Assembly (NCBI GenBank): GCA_965248755.1
Contig: OZ252149.1
Location: 4,344,680-4,408,679, forward strand
Reading direction: 5' to 3'
DNA: 64,000 nt
Origin: Candidatus Latescibacterota bacterium
GTDB lineage: Bacteria > Latescibacterota > CBDEFO01
The notes under the pieces are model-generated. The model had not been told where the DNA came from. It made no database searches and saw only the letters and a list, made by a program, of their open reading frames with translations. The position numbers and the translations under genes are program-made. This document shows, one piece after another, positions 36,641 through 46,596 of the stretch (position 1 is its first letter; every line of letters begins with the position of its first letter).

Positions 36641-37083
36641 ACGACAGGTTCTACGGATGGGAAACCACCGCAGGGATCAAATTCCAACTCCTTACGGAAA
36701 TGAAAGGTGTGAAGCGACGGGATCCTTCTGCCGCTATCGGGTTTAGGTACTCCCGTCCGTTAAACTGGACAACGCAGGTCAACGCCCGATTCGAGTTCAG
36801 CACGCCTTTTACAGGAGACTTTGCAGAACTCTACAACACGTCCTTTATCACGGACTTCATCTACGAACTTACAAACAAAATAGATTTCACGCTCCGCTAC
36901 CTGGTAAGGGCCAATAAATCTAATAAAGATATAGACACAGACACTGTCAACTCATTAGGGGCCGCGATTACCTTCTTCCTGGAGAACAAGATCAATCTCA
37001 CTATAAGCGAACAGTTCGACAAGGAGGACAAAAAAAGGATAGAACAGCAGTTCAATATAACGCTCAATTATAGAGTGTTCTGA
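36568..37083 (+). CDS. C-terminal fragment of an outer-membrane beta-barrel (DUF481-like) protein
   Basis: Alternating beta-strand pattern and a terminal ...NITLNYRVF (aromatic C-terminus). No signal peptide. Out of frame with and overlapping the previous ORF. Confidence 0.4.
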   Translation: MEVESPQNPFVRRRTRKVLFQERVNDRFYGWETTAGIKFQLLTEMKGVKRRDPSAAIGFRYSRPLNWTTQVNARFEFSTPFTGDFAELYNTSFITDFIYELTNKIDFTLRYLVRANKSNKDIDTDTVNSLGAAITFFLENKINLTISEQFDKEDKKRIEQQFNITLNYRVF

Positions 37084-37805
37084 GCACAGGCCAAAAACCG
37101 ATGTCCGCTGCGCATGCAGGACTCTCTTGCGGACCTGCCACTGTTGCCCCAAAAAATGTAATACTGCTTTACCCAGTTCTGCTACTCGGAGAAGATCTGA
37201 CCTTGGAGAATTCCTTGCGGATTACGACTTCTGGTAAAGCGACAACTCTTGTAAATGCTGCAAGTTTAGTCCCATCTGGAAGGGGTTTATCACATTCCCA
37301 ATCTCCCTTCAACATAGATTGAGAGTGGGATTCTATTTGCAGCTTCTACTTTGTAGCCCCATAGGGCTCATATTCAAGAGGCAAGGGACAAAGGTGAGAT
37401 TTTGATCAATTTGGAAAGAATATAAAATAAGATATCAGCTGTCAATTAAATTGTGCGGTGGATGGTCGGGTCAACAACAGACGTTAGCCTCAAGAATTGG
37501 CCTGATAATTTTCAGCGTCGATGCCTTCACTGGAGTGTCGCTCCGCGAACAACCACGGCTTCCACCTGGCTACCTGCGACAGTCAATAGTTTCGCGTTCA
37601 CTAAAATTATTTCTGATCAACTCCATTGTGATCCAATTTGTTGCTGCTCATGACGTTGTACTAAATAATTTAAGACCTTGGACCAGCTCATTACCTTGTC
37701 CCGCGAGATCTCGAGGGTGAGCGGGGATCGTTTCCCAAAGTTAAGTCCCTTACCTCTCAGGCCGGTTAGTGACGTTCTCGCAGTAGATTTCACCAAGTGT
37801 AGAGA

Positions 37806-38531
37806 TCATCTGGGAACCCAACTGGCGAAGTAGGTCGGCGACCACTTGCGCGTCAGTTGAAAAACGCGCTCCCTTACACAGCCGTGGTCTGGGGAAACCT
37901 CGATGTCGATATACGCCTCGGCCCCCGCTACAGTGGGAAATTCCGCCAGCCAGACGCGGTGCCAGGCAGCTTGGGGGGCCATCAGCTTAAAACACTCCAG
38001 CCGCATCAAACTATGCTTGTGGGTTACAGAGCGCATGCCCTCGATGTAGTCATCTTCCACCCGCTTTTCTCCGGAGCCGTGTGTCGGCTCCCCACGTTCG
38101 AAGAGCACTACAACCACACTGCCAGAGTCCACCCTTAGTTCTGGAACTTGGCGGGGATCAACGTCTTCCGGTACGATCACCGAAGGTGCAGCGTTCGCTA
38201 CCCAGTCGGTGCAAAACTCCGGACGACAGTTACGCGCCAGGTAGTATTCGTAGTACCCATAGCGCCCATAGGGCGGCGCCATCTCTGCCTCAATCCATGC
38301 CTCGGCGCCCGCTAACGCCGGAAACTCAATGGTCCAGAAGCGCTCCCAAGTGCTTTGCGGCGCCATCAAACGGAACCCTTCGAGGCGCTGCAGCCCGTAT
38401 TTGTGCGCAATTCCCAGCATCAGATCCACGTGCTCCTGCTGATAAGCTTTCTGTTCACGGGGCGACAAGCTGTGCCAGCTCAATAGCCGGCCACCTTTGT
38501 AGAGCACGACAATAGATTCGTCAGCTTCCAT
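37806..38531 (-). CDS. Hypothetical protein made of two tandem ~110-aa homologous domains
   Basis: Both halves share ...H..L.RLE.F.LMAPQ..W.R.W..EFP...GAEA.I..E..P... Confidence 0.6.
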   Translation of the reverse strand: MEADESIVVLYKGGRLLSWHSLSPREQKAYQQEHVDLMLGIAHKYGLQRLEGFRLMAPQSTWERFWTIEFPALAGAEAWIEAEMAPPYGRYGYYEYYLARNCRPEFCTDWVANAAPSVIVPEDVDPRQVPELRVDSGSVVVVLFERGEPTHGSGEKRVEDDYIEGMRSVTHKHSLMRLECFKLMAPQAAWHRVWLAEFPTVAGAEAYIDIEVSPDHGCVRERVFQLTRKWSPTYFASWVPR

Positions 38532-38879
38532 CTAATTTATCCCACTGTGGTTATTCTGTCGACGGATGATCTTTGAGCAGAAAAATCGGTTATAGAGTCA
38601 ATTAGGATGAAGTTAATCCCTATACACTGTGGATCTGACAGCAAGACACTCTTGCCTGCGGATTCCAGTGACTTTAGCCTGTAATCGAGACGGATTCCGA
38701 ATGGCTAGTCAGACCATTCGAACTGATGAAAGCAGGCGAAAGAGCCAGCCACTATGCAAATCCGTTCTTGGCGGCGAGGTCGAATTTGGAGTTCGTGCCT
38801 TCACAGTGGGAATGATCAGGTATTTGTTTATCGGTCCGGCAGATGCATTTAGCGTCGGCTGGCGCTGGGGTAGCCACGT

Positions 38880-39808
38880 CTACATGACGATTTCGTGCAT
38901 ATCGCCGATCCACTTGATCCCGGTGGGTCCGGGTACTTCGCATGCTCCCCCCATGGCAAAAATGCGGTCGCCCACCGTCGCCGCATCCAGCCACGCCTTC
39001 CCCTTCGGCAACGGCGCTTCGCGGATCCAGCTGTCCGCGTCGATGTCGTAGATTTCAGTCGTGTTGGTGTAGTTTTTGATGGGGTCGTTGTCGTCCTCGT
39101 TGTTGTGGCCACCGCAGGTGAAAATCTTGTTGTCGCCCATCAGGGTTATGCCCATGGATTCCCTTCTTGTGAACATCGGGGCCAATTTTTCCCACTTGAC
39201 CACAGTCGGATCCAGCACGTGTGCGTCGAGCAGGTAGGACTCCTCCCGGGGTTGACCCGTTCGACAACCACCGAAGACGTAGACCCTGTCATCGACACCG
39301 ATGGCATTGGGGGCCTGGAGACGGTAGGGAAAAGCTGGGCCCGACTCCCACTGGCCGCTCTGCGGATCGTAGACATCTACAGCCTCCAGTTGGGTGCCGG
39401 TTCACTCCATGGTGTTGCCGCCGATGATGTAGACCTTTCCACGGCAGGAAGCCAACGTCACTCCGGCCCTGGGACCACTGGGGGCAGGGGCCAGAACAGA
39501 CCAGGTCTGCGTCTCTAGATCCAGCACCTCCAGGGCATCCTGCACGTTCCATCCGTCACCGATGCGCTCTATTTCCTCCTGTGTTCGGATAGTTTTGCCG
39601 CAACCCACATAAATCTTGCCATCCAGCAGGGTGGCTCCGCGCTCTAGCTGTCTGTGGCAACGTCGTAGATTCCTACCACGTGAATCGTCTGAGTGGTGGC
39701 GCCGGAGATGGCGTAGATCTTCTCGCCCACCTCTATGGACTGCAAATCGTGCCGCGGCGTCGGCATGGACGCCCGTTGGATCCAGTTTCCCATTATTCTT
39801 TCCTCCAT
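38880..39808 (-). pseudogene. Kelch-repeat beta-propeller gene with one frameshift (~39645) and one in-frame TGA (39402-39404)
   Basis: The pieces join as MEERIMGNWIQRASMPTPRHDLQSIEVGEKIYAISG... / ...LLDGKIYVGCG...KVYIIGGNTME-TGA-TGTQLEAVDVYDPQSGQWE...RVYVFGG... continuing into ORF 38880-39218. Confidence 0.6.
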
Positions 39809-40021
39809 GCCGGCGCGTCACATGATCCGAACCACGCCCAGTCGAGCTTCGTGGCCGGCATCTTGAGTTCGTATTCACTGACATTCCCCATATGAAATTC
39901 ATGAGGCGCTAAATTTCGATAGACCCTTGTTTGTAAGTGAATATAACCGCTTTTATATTCTTGAACAATCACTTTTTTCAATCAAAATAGCATTTCCCTC
40001 TGAATTAGCACTTTCTGTGTG

Positions 40022-40739
40022 TTAAATCTTAAAATTAGGGACATCTCTCCATCTACTCACAACAAAAAGTGGCAGTTTAAGAGAGTGGCATCGCAATAGT
40101 TTAATCCGGGATAAAACTTCGGCAAATAACCTGTTGTCTATCCCAACTCCAGCCACCTGCAACGCGATGTATCCGTTGTGCCTGACAATTTTCACACGAA
40201 TCTTGATCAATTTCACAAGGAACATCAGCAGAGACGACTGTTTGATTCTCCCTGTAAGAATCAACAGCCTCAAAAAGTTTCCAGGATTGTATGCCGGAAC
40301 AAATAACCAGATCCGCACCTGATCCCTTTTTGAACCCACATACTATTGATAGCTGACAGGCTGTCGAGATTTTCCAGCTGAGCCAGTATCTCCGTTTCAA
40401 AACCTCCTATCGTATTGGCTTTGGCCGCATGCTTGCCCTTGTCCTTCTTTCCGGTAATCGCTCGCATGACCGGGTCAACTGATAAACTCTGAGCATAATT
40501 GACTTCTTCATATCCAGCAAGACGGCTGTAATCGATTAATGCACCAATGTGGCCATATCATGGTGGCCATATTATGTTGGATATTACGTCCAGTTCGTAA
40601 ATCGCTAAGAGAGAGTAGATACCGAGTCGAACAATCCTAAAACGTCATCAAGGTTACGATACGCAAGAATGCCACCCTCACATGTAACCTTCGAACCATG
40701 AAATTCAAGATTAGTACTTCCATCAAATCCCATATTCAT
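40022..40739 (-). mobile_element. Decayed IS1380-family transposase relic: N- and C-terminal pieces, several frame breaks, catalytic core deleted
   Basis: MNMGFDGSTNLEFHGSKVTCEGGILAYRNLDDVLGL, ...AGYEEVNYAQSLSVDPVMRAITGK... and the C-terminal ...LIKIRVKIVRHNGYIALQVA...LFAEVLSRIKLL resemble IS1380 transposases. Only about 0.7 kb is present. Confidence 0.55.
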
Positions 40740-41168
40740 CGTTTCACTTCCTGAATGATCAATGTTTATCCGCAATTTTGTGAGTGTTATTTATTGTAAT
40801 ATAATATGTTGTGCAAACATTGACAACCGTGCTTAGAGCTTAATATGGCGAATGAAGGGTAATATTTCTTGACTAAAGTTATGGATGAATGTATCTTATA
40901 TGACTGTACGGGGAGCTATTCTGATGGGTAGACTCCATAGCGCGGCAAAGGTGAGACGGACAATGCTGGCGTTTTCGATTTAGGTCTGGCCGCGAACGAA
41001 CATGAGGGGATTCAGGAGTCCTAATTACGTTTCATGACCTGTAGATCCTGAGTGGAGACTACGGTCTGGAGACTACGGTGATGACTACAGAGAGTGAAAG
41101 CTCTGAGCCTGAACAACGTCGGGCTGTGAGGAGGCGTAGGTCAGGTTTTTCGGATAAGGAGATGCAGC

Positions 41169-42047
41169 ATGCAAAGTAATGTCAAGCTGGATATAGAAGA
41201 CGAAGAAATTGGTTTTATGAACGTCGACCAGACCGACTTCAGTTCGTTCACCCTGGGTGAGCGTATTCGACACGTTGAGGTAGAGGGCTACGTCGTTCTA
41301 CCCGATACACTCGACAGGCGGCAGATTGCAAGACTCAAGTCCGAACTTGCCGATATTCCAATGCAACATAAGGATTATAGCGTAGCTCAGACTGTGTCTG
41401 AGGATCCTCCACAGTGGCAGAGTCGCGCCGTTGCAGAGCTGATCGGGCATCCGCCGGTTATCCAGTTTCTCAGGGAACTGATGGGCACGGATATTGTGTT
41501 TACACGAGGAGTATTTCAACGCACGAATCACGGCTCCCCAGGGATCTCTATGCACACAGACGGACAGCCCTTTGGGTCGTCAATCTTTGACTACGAGGGC
41601 AGTTCGCCCCGGCTGCTGCGGGTCCTCTATTACCTCGACGACCTCATACCTGAACGGGCGCCCTTTCGGCTCGTGCCTCGTTCGCACCTGTCCTTCCATG
41701 CAGAAGCGAACCCGTACCTCCGATACAAGTCGCACCCGGAGGAGATCACCCTTTGCCTGAAGGCAGGATCAGCCCTTATCATCCCTAAAGACCTCTTCCA
41801 CGGGACACATCCGAACAACGACACCTCCTCCAGGTCGATGATTCAGTTCGGCTACCGGCCAGGCTGGTCCGGGCCGATCCAACCTATGGAGGAGTGGGAC
41901 CCGGAGTTAGTGGCTGCAGCACCCGAGCAGGCCAAGCCGTTCTTGCAGAGTCTCAACAAGACGGGCGGTGTGTGGAAGCTGGAGAATAAGCCAAAGGGCA
42001 TGGCGTCAAACGCTCCCGGGATCGACCCGCATCGCTGGGGAGACTGA
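41169..42047 (+). CDS. Phytanoyl-CoA dioxygenase (PhyH) family Fe(II)/2-oxoglutarate oxygenase
   Basis: MHTDGQ (HxD) and a distal LFHGTHPN. PhyH-like length. Confidence 0.75.
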   Translation: MQSNVKLDIEDEEIGFMNVDQTDFSSFTLGERIRHVEVEGYVVLPDTLDRRQIARLKSELADIPMQHKDYSVAQTVSEDPPQWQSRAVAELIGHPPVIQFLRELMGTDIVFTRGVFQRTNHGSPGISMHTDGQPFGSSIFDYEGSSPRLLRVLYYLDDLIPERAPFRLVPRSHLSFHAEANPYLRYKSHPEEITLCLKAGSALIIPKDLFHGTHPNNDTSSRSMIQFGYRPGWSGPIQPMEEWDPELVAAAPEQAKPFLQSLNKTGGVWKLENKPKGMASNAPGIDPHRWGD

Positions 42048-42131
42048 GGGCATGAGGTGTAAGCCACTTCGGAGAACAAAAACTCAAATTCTCAGTATCC
42101 TGAGCGCTTTACGCTTCAAGGAGAATATCGT

Positions 42132-43748
42132 ATGAAACTGGCAGAGTTGATTATTGTCGAGGCAAGAGAGCGCGGTTTGCGACATTTCTTCGGTCTTCCC
42201 GGCGGCGGTTCTCCCTTGGATATTATGGACTCCGGCCGGCGTCTCGGCGTCGAATTTGTTAGCGTTGCGCACGAATCTTCCGCAGCGATCATGGCTGCAT
42301 ATTACGGAATCATGAAGGACACAGCGGGGCTGGCTTTGGCTGTGAAGGGTATTGGGGCAGGCAATCTTGCCGGCGGTGCCGTAAATACGTATTTTGAACG
42401 TGCGCCTGTCGTATGTCTTTGTGAGTCCTCACCGACTCACGTGACTCAACGAGAGCTGGTACAGCACTACCAGCATGCCGAGCTGTTCGGTGCCGTTGTG
42501 AAGTTCCAGGACACCTTGACCCCCGATGCGGCTGCGGCTTGTCTTCAGGAAGCTGTGTTTCACGCTACGGACGGACGACCTGGGCCGGTCCTTTTAAATC
42601 TTCCCTCGGATTTGGGACAGGCAGAGTGCACTGATCCCCTGCCCGCAGTCTCTTCACCAGCGCCGCATCCACCGGACAGGGCCATGCTTGCCGACGCTTT
42701 AGAATTCATTCAAAGCTCTGGACGACCGGTAGTAATCGCCGGTTCGGATGTCGTGCGCGCTGGAGCGACGCCGGAGTTGTTGGACCTGGTCGAGAACATC
42801 GGCGCAGCGGTTCTTGTCAACATGGATGCCCGCGGTGTCTTTCCTGAATCTCACCCTCGCTGGGCGGGAGTGTTCGTGGGCAATTTTAGCCCCAATATCG
42901 TCGAAACCGAAATCATTAGCCAAGCGGACACGGTGCTGCTGGTCGGGGCAGATGCCATGATGTCGCACACTCCCTGGAACAGCGAACTTTCCACTTGTGA
43001 GTTAGTGGCCCGACCCGAATATGAGACGTTGTCGGAAAATCCTAAGGTGCGTGTGAACGGGGATCTGAAGGCTGCACTCACAAGCCTGTTGTCGCATAAT
43101 CAGCAAGGCTTTTTCCAGAACCAGATCCAGACGACACGCCGGAAGATACTGCAGAACTTCAAGAGGCCGGGGCAGGCCCGACTAGCAGCCCAGGACATCA
43201 TTGAAATCACACGCGCCGTCCTTCCGGCGGAATGCGCTCTATTTTCGGAGACAGGTGTTTACATCCCCATGCTCGAGCATCTATGGACGGTGGTTCGACC
43301 CGAAACCTACTGGGGCACAGCAGGAGGGCGGACCATGGGACTGATGGTGCCTGCCATATTGGGAGCAAAGCTGGCAAGGCCCGAAGTTCCTATGGTGGGC
43401 ATCGGTGCAGACGGCAGCATGTTGATGCGCCTTGGGGAACTGGAGGTTTTTGCACGCACCGGTGTAGCGGTGCCGCTAATAATTATCAATGACCGGGCCT
43501 TAGGCACGATGAAGTCACGACAGAAATCTCGCGGCATGCACGAATACGGATTGGACCTCTGCTCCGTCGATTTTGCCGAAATTGCCACGGCGTGCGGTCT
43601 GATAGGCGTGCAGGTGGACGCCCCCGAACAGTTCGAAAAGGAGCTGAAGCGCGCACTGGAGGCAGATCGGACCACGCTCATCGACGCGCGGGTGGATCCT
43701 CTGGCTTACCAAGACAGCTTTGGCCCAACGATCGGTGTTCTTGCTTGA
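42132..43748 (+). CDS. Thiamine-diphosphate-dependent enzyme (acetolactate-synthase-like fold)
   Basis: N-terminal Pyr domain (FGLPGGGSPLDIMD) and C-terminal TPP motif GIGADGSMLM...IIINDRALG. Confidence 0.8.
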   Translation: MKLAELIIVEARERGLRHFFGLPGGGSPLDIMDSGRRLGVEFVSVAHESSAAIMAAYYGIMKDTAGLALAVKGIGAGNLAGGAVNTYFERAPVVCLCESSPTHVTQRELVQHYQHAELFGAVVKFQDTLTPDAAAACLQEAVFHATDGRPGPVLLNLPSDLGQAECTDPLPAVSSPAPHPPDRAMLADALEFIQSSGRPVVIAGSDVVRAGATPELLDLVENIGAAVLVNMDARGVFPESHPRWAGVFVGNFSPNIVETEIISQADTVLLVGADAMMSHTPWNSELSTCELVARPEYETLSENPKVRVNGDLKAALTSLLSHNQQGFFQNQIQTTRRKILQNFKRPGQARLAAQDIIEITRAVLPAECALFSETGVYIPMLEHLWTVVRPETYWGTAGGRTMGLMVPAILGAKLARPEVPMVGIGADGSMLMRLGELEVFARTGVAVPLIIINDRALGTMKSRQKSRGMHEYGLDLCSVDFAEIATACGLIGVQVDAPEQFEKELKRALEADRTTLIDARVDPLAYQDSFGPTIGVLA

Positions 43749-43959
43749 CTCAATGAACCACGTAAGAACGCTCGAATCTTCTGAGTTGGCCCATTCGAAT
43801 CTTACGCAAGACCGGATATGACTATCCAGGGCAAATATTGTGGAGATGACTTATAGAGATCCAAAATAGTAGGCAGCATATACGGAAAACTTACCTAAGC
43901 TAGCTTGCTGTCTAATTATATTCGAGAAGTTCTGTCAATCCATTTAGTTTCATGGAGAT

Positions 43960-45534
43960 GTGAACATGAGTGCACACAAAAAGTATCGGCGCGTATTGTG
44001 CAACGACGACGGATGGATAATGGGCACATCTGAGCCTCCGCTGAGCGTAGACCAGATTAGGGACAAGATGATCTCGCCCTGCGAAGGGACACCGGTGGAC
44101 ACCTTTCTGTGGTCGATAGGAGGCCATGAGGTCTACCACTACGAGACCGAAGTCGGAGAACTATCTGGTGAGGGCTATGAAGATCTCAACCCACGAGGTA
44201 AAACGAAGCATCAAAACCTTCGGCACATGATAAAGGAGAACGGGGGGCCAGTAACGGTCATCGCGGATTTGTGCCACGCTGCGGGATTGAGCTTCTTTCC
44301 ATCAGTGAGGATGAACACACACTACGATATTGAGGAGTCATCTCCAGACTACGGCCGGCTCAGAGGAGAACACCCGGAGTTACTCATCGGACGTCCCGGA
44401 GAGGAGATACCGGACGGGAGCCTCGAATGGGGCATCAGGACAGGTCTCAATTACGCGTTCCCCGAAGTGCGAGCTCACATGACCAAGATCATCTTCGAGC
44501 TGTTCGAGCGTTTCGACGTGGACGGTATAGAGCTGGACTTCATGCGCCATCCGGCCTTCTTCAGGATGGAAGAGGCATACGCCAACCGTTACCTGATGAC
44601 GGACATGATAGATCACATACACCAGAGGATGAACCAGGTTGGCGCCCGGAGGGGAAAGCACCTCGAACTGGCGGTGAGGGTCCCACCGACGCTGGCCGAC
44701 TCTAAGAGGATAGGACTCGATGCCGAAGTATGGATCAAAGAAGGGCTCATAGACATACTCATCGCGGGTGGAGGGTTCATCCCGTTCCAGATGCCCATCT
44801 CAGAGTTTGTGGAGGCAGCCAGGGACACCGATTGCCAGGTATGCGGATGCTTCGAGGCGCTCAGGCCGTTTGTGGATGAGGAATTACTCAGGGCTGCAGC
44901 CGCTCGGTACTGGAGGGCAGGTGTCGATGGAATCTATCTCTTTAACTACTTCAGCATGTCAAACGAGTGGAGACGCAGTGTCCTGGCCCAGATGGCCGAC
45001 CCGGATGCGCTGGTGCTTACTGACAAGCTCTATGAACTGGACTGTTCTGATAGGGACAGGCCGACTACCCAGCTCTGGCATTCGTTCCGGAACGCAATTC
45101 CTTTCGTTCAGCTGCCCGTTACCTTAGAGGAGACCCTTGCCGAGCGCGGCACGATCCTCAGCATGGACATCGCCGACAACTTAGAGATGGCCTTCGCCGA
45201 TGGAACATTAGCTAAATGCATCCTCGCGCTTCGGTTTGACGACATTGTGGATGGAGACGAGATAGAGGTAAGTCTCAACCAGGTATCGGTCCCATGGGAA
45301 TCAGGTAAGATTCCCTCAAATGGCTGGAGTCGCCGGGTGTATGACCTAAATCAATATCCAGCTACGCTGAAAGAGACCGCTGTGGAAGGTGACTGCATCG
45401 AGTTTGAAATAGCCGCTCCTCCGCTTAAACAGGGGGTAAACGAGCTTGAGGTACGCCTGGTCAAGCCCGCCTCGGAGCGTACACAGCCGGTAGTCCTTGA
45501 AGGTGTAAGGTTGTCAATTCCCTACAGAAGATAA
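43960..45534 (+). CDS. Hypothetical TIM-barrel, glycoside-hydrolase-like protein
   Basis: The segment FDVDGIELDFMRHPAFF resembles GH-like TIM-barrel families. Weak call. Confidence 0.4.
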   Translation: MNMSAHKKYRRVLCNDDGWIMGTSEPPLSVDQIRDKMISPCEGTPVDTFLWSIGGHEVYHYETEVGELSGEGYEDLNPRGKTKHQNLRHMIKENGGPVTVIADLCHAAGLSFFPSVRMNTHYDIEESSPDYGRLRGEHPELLIGRPGEEIPDGSLEWGIRTGLNYAFPEVRAHMTKIIFELFERFDVDGIELDFMRHPAFFRMEEAYANRYLMTDMIDHIHQRMNQVGARRGKHLELAVRVPPTLADSKRIGLDAEVWIKEGLIDILIAGGGFIPFQMPISEFVEAARDTDCQVCGCFEALRPFVDEELLRAAAARYWRAGVDGIYLFNYFSMSNEWRRSVLAQMADPDALVLTDKLYELDCSDRDRPTTQLWHSFRNAIPFVQLPVTLEETLAERGTILSMDIADNLEMAFADGTLAKCILALRFDDIVDGDEIEVSLNQVSVPWESGKIPSNGWSRRVYDLNQYPATLKETAVEGDCIEFEIAAPPLKQGVNELEVRLVKPASERTQPVVLEGVRLSIPYRR

Positions 45535-45602
45535 TCGTCCAGTTTACCTCGTCGAACTATCCAACACGACAGGCAGCAGGAACCCCGGAAGGGCCTTCTT
45601 TC

Positions 45603-46596
45603 TCATGAACTTCGCTCTGATCTCATCTCCTCGATGAAACGCACGGCATTCCCTGAGAAGTTATCCTCGATCTCCTCTTGAGTCAATCCTAAAATGTTCG
45701 CCACCTGCTGCTCCAGGCGCAACTGCTCGTAAATCACAAACGTCGGTGTGGTATCACAGTGAGGAAGTTCGGACCCCCCCCGAAATACTCCCAGGCTCGG
45801 CCAGGGGTAATCTACTTGCAGCGAGCACACCCGGCCACGATGTTGTTCGAGACGAACATCACCTGTTTTCAATCCTCTTGTTTCATCAGCAGATAGTACG
45901 AGTATATCTCGTTCACGGCCGAAGCGACGTACCTGATATTCGGCATGTCTCTTGAGTACGTGGATCGACTCCTCCGTAATGAAGGCGTTGAAGGACCGGG
46001 CACAGTGCGCCAGGATCCATTGGGCCTTCGGGTACTCTTTGGTGTAGTACTGCAGGTCTTCAAGTTTTCGGGATCAGCAGCCCCGGTTTTCTTGGAAAGA
46101 TGCATGGTGATCGCCAGCCCCATGTCGTGCGCTACCTCGATGAAGGACTCGTGCAGGAAGTCCTGAATCCGATAATTGATCGGATCGGGGGCAAAGAAAC
46201 GATAGGGCTTTAATCCAAAGAAGTTGTACTTTCTTACTTGAGCGGCGACGTAGTCAGGCGTTATATCCGGTGTGACCATCATGTTGACCTCGCATTGAGT
46301 ATCCTCCGCCATCTGTGCCGCCATCCAATTGTTGTGGCCCTCTAGATCCATTCCCGGAATCGGGCTCCCCAGGACCAGGTAGTGCATCTCGCGATCGGGA
46401 TATAGTTTTGCCGCCCAGGCCAGGTACTCCTGATAAGCGATCTCCATCGCATACCTGGGCGAGGGCCTTTTAGTGCTCCTGTATGTGCCTCGGCACTGAT
46501 GTGGGTGTGCATGTCGTAGATCACAGGGGGCACAAAGTTCTCCAATTCCTTTTCCCAGATATCGCGGTCCAAGCTTCGGTAATCAATAGTTCCCAT
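45603..46596 (-). pseudogene. Amidohydrolase-2-family (metal-dependent hydrolase) gene broken by at least three frameshifts
   Basis: The N-terminal DMHTHI metal motif (46342-46596), the middle piece (45869-46447) and the C-terminal NAVRFIEE (45603-45872) lie in different frames. Alternate-frame pieces (EDLQYYTKEYPKAQWILAHCARSFN; DMPNIRYVASAVNE) restore a typical sequence. Confidence 0.6.

Noticed and set aside
37620-37805. About 60 open codons continuing in frame after the TGA stop of ORF 37806-38531 (possible readthrough or Sec)
   Set aside because: The extension has no protein-like features or homology to the repeated domain. An open run of this length is not rare by chance at this GC content.
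39402-39404. In-frame TGA of the Kelch gene as a selenocysteine codon
   Set aside because: There is no Cys/redox context. The gene also carries a frameshift, and it sits among other pseudogenes.
38629-39825. Several plus-strand ORFs (38629-39051, 38895-39518, 39221-39427, 39616-39825)
   Set aside because: They are Arg/Pro/Gly-rich shadows on the strand opposite the GC-rich Kelch pseudogene. No motifs are present.
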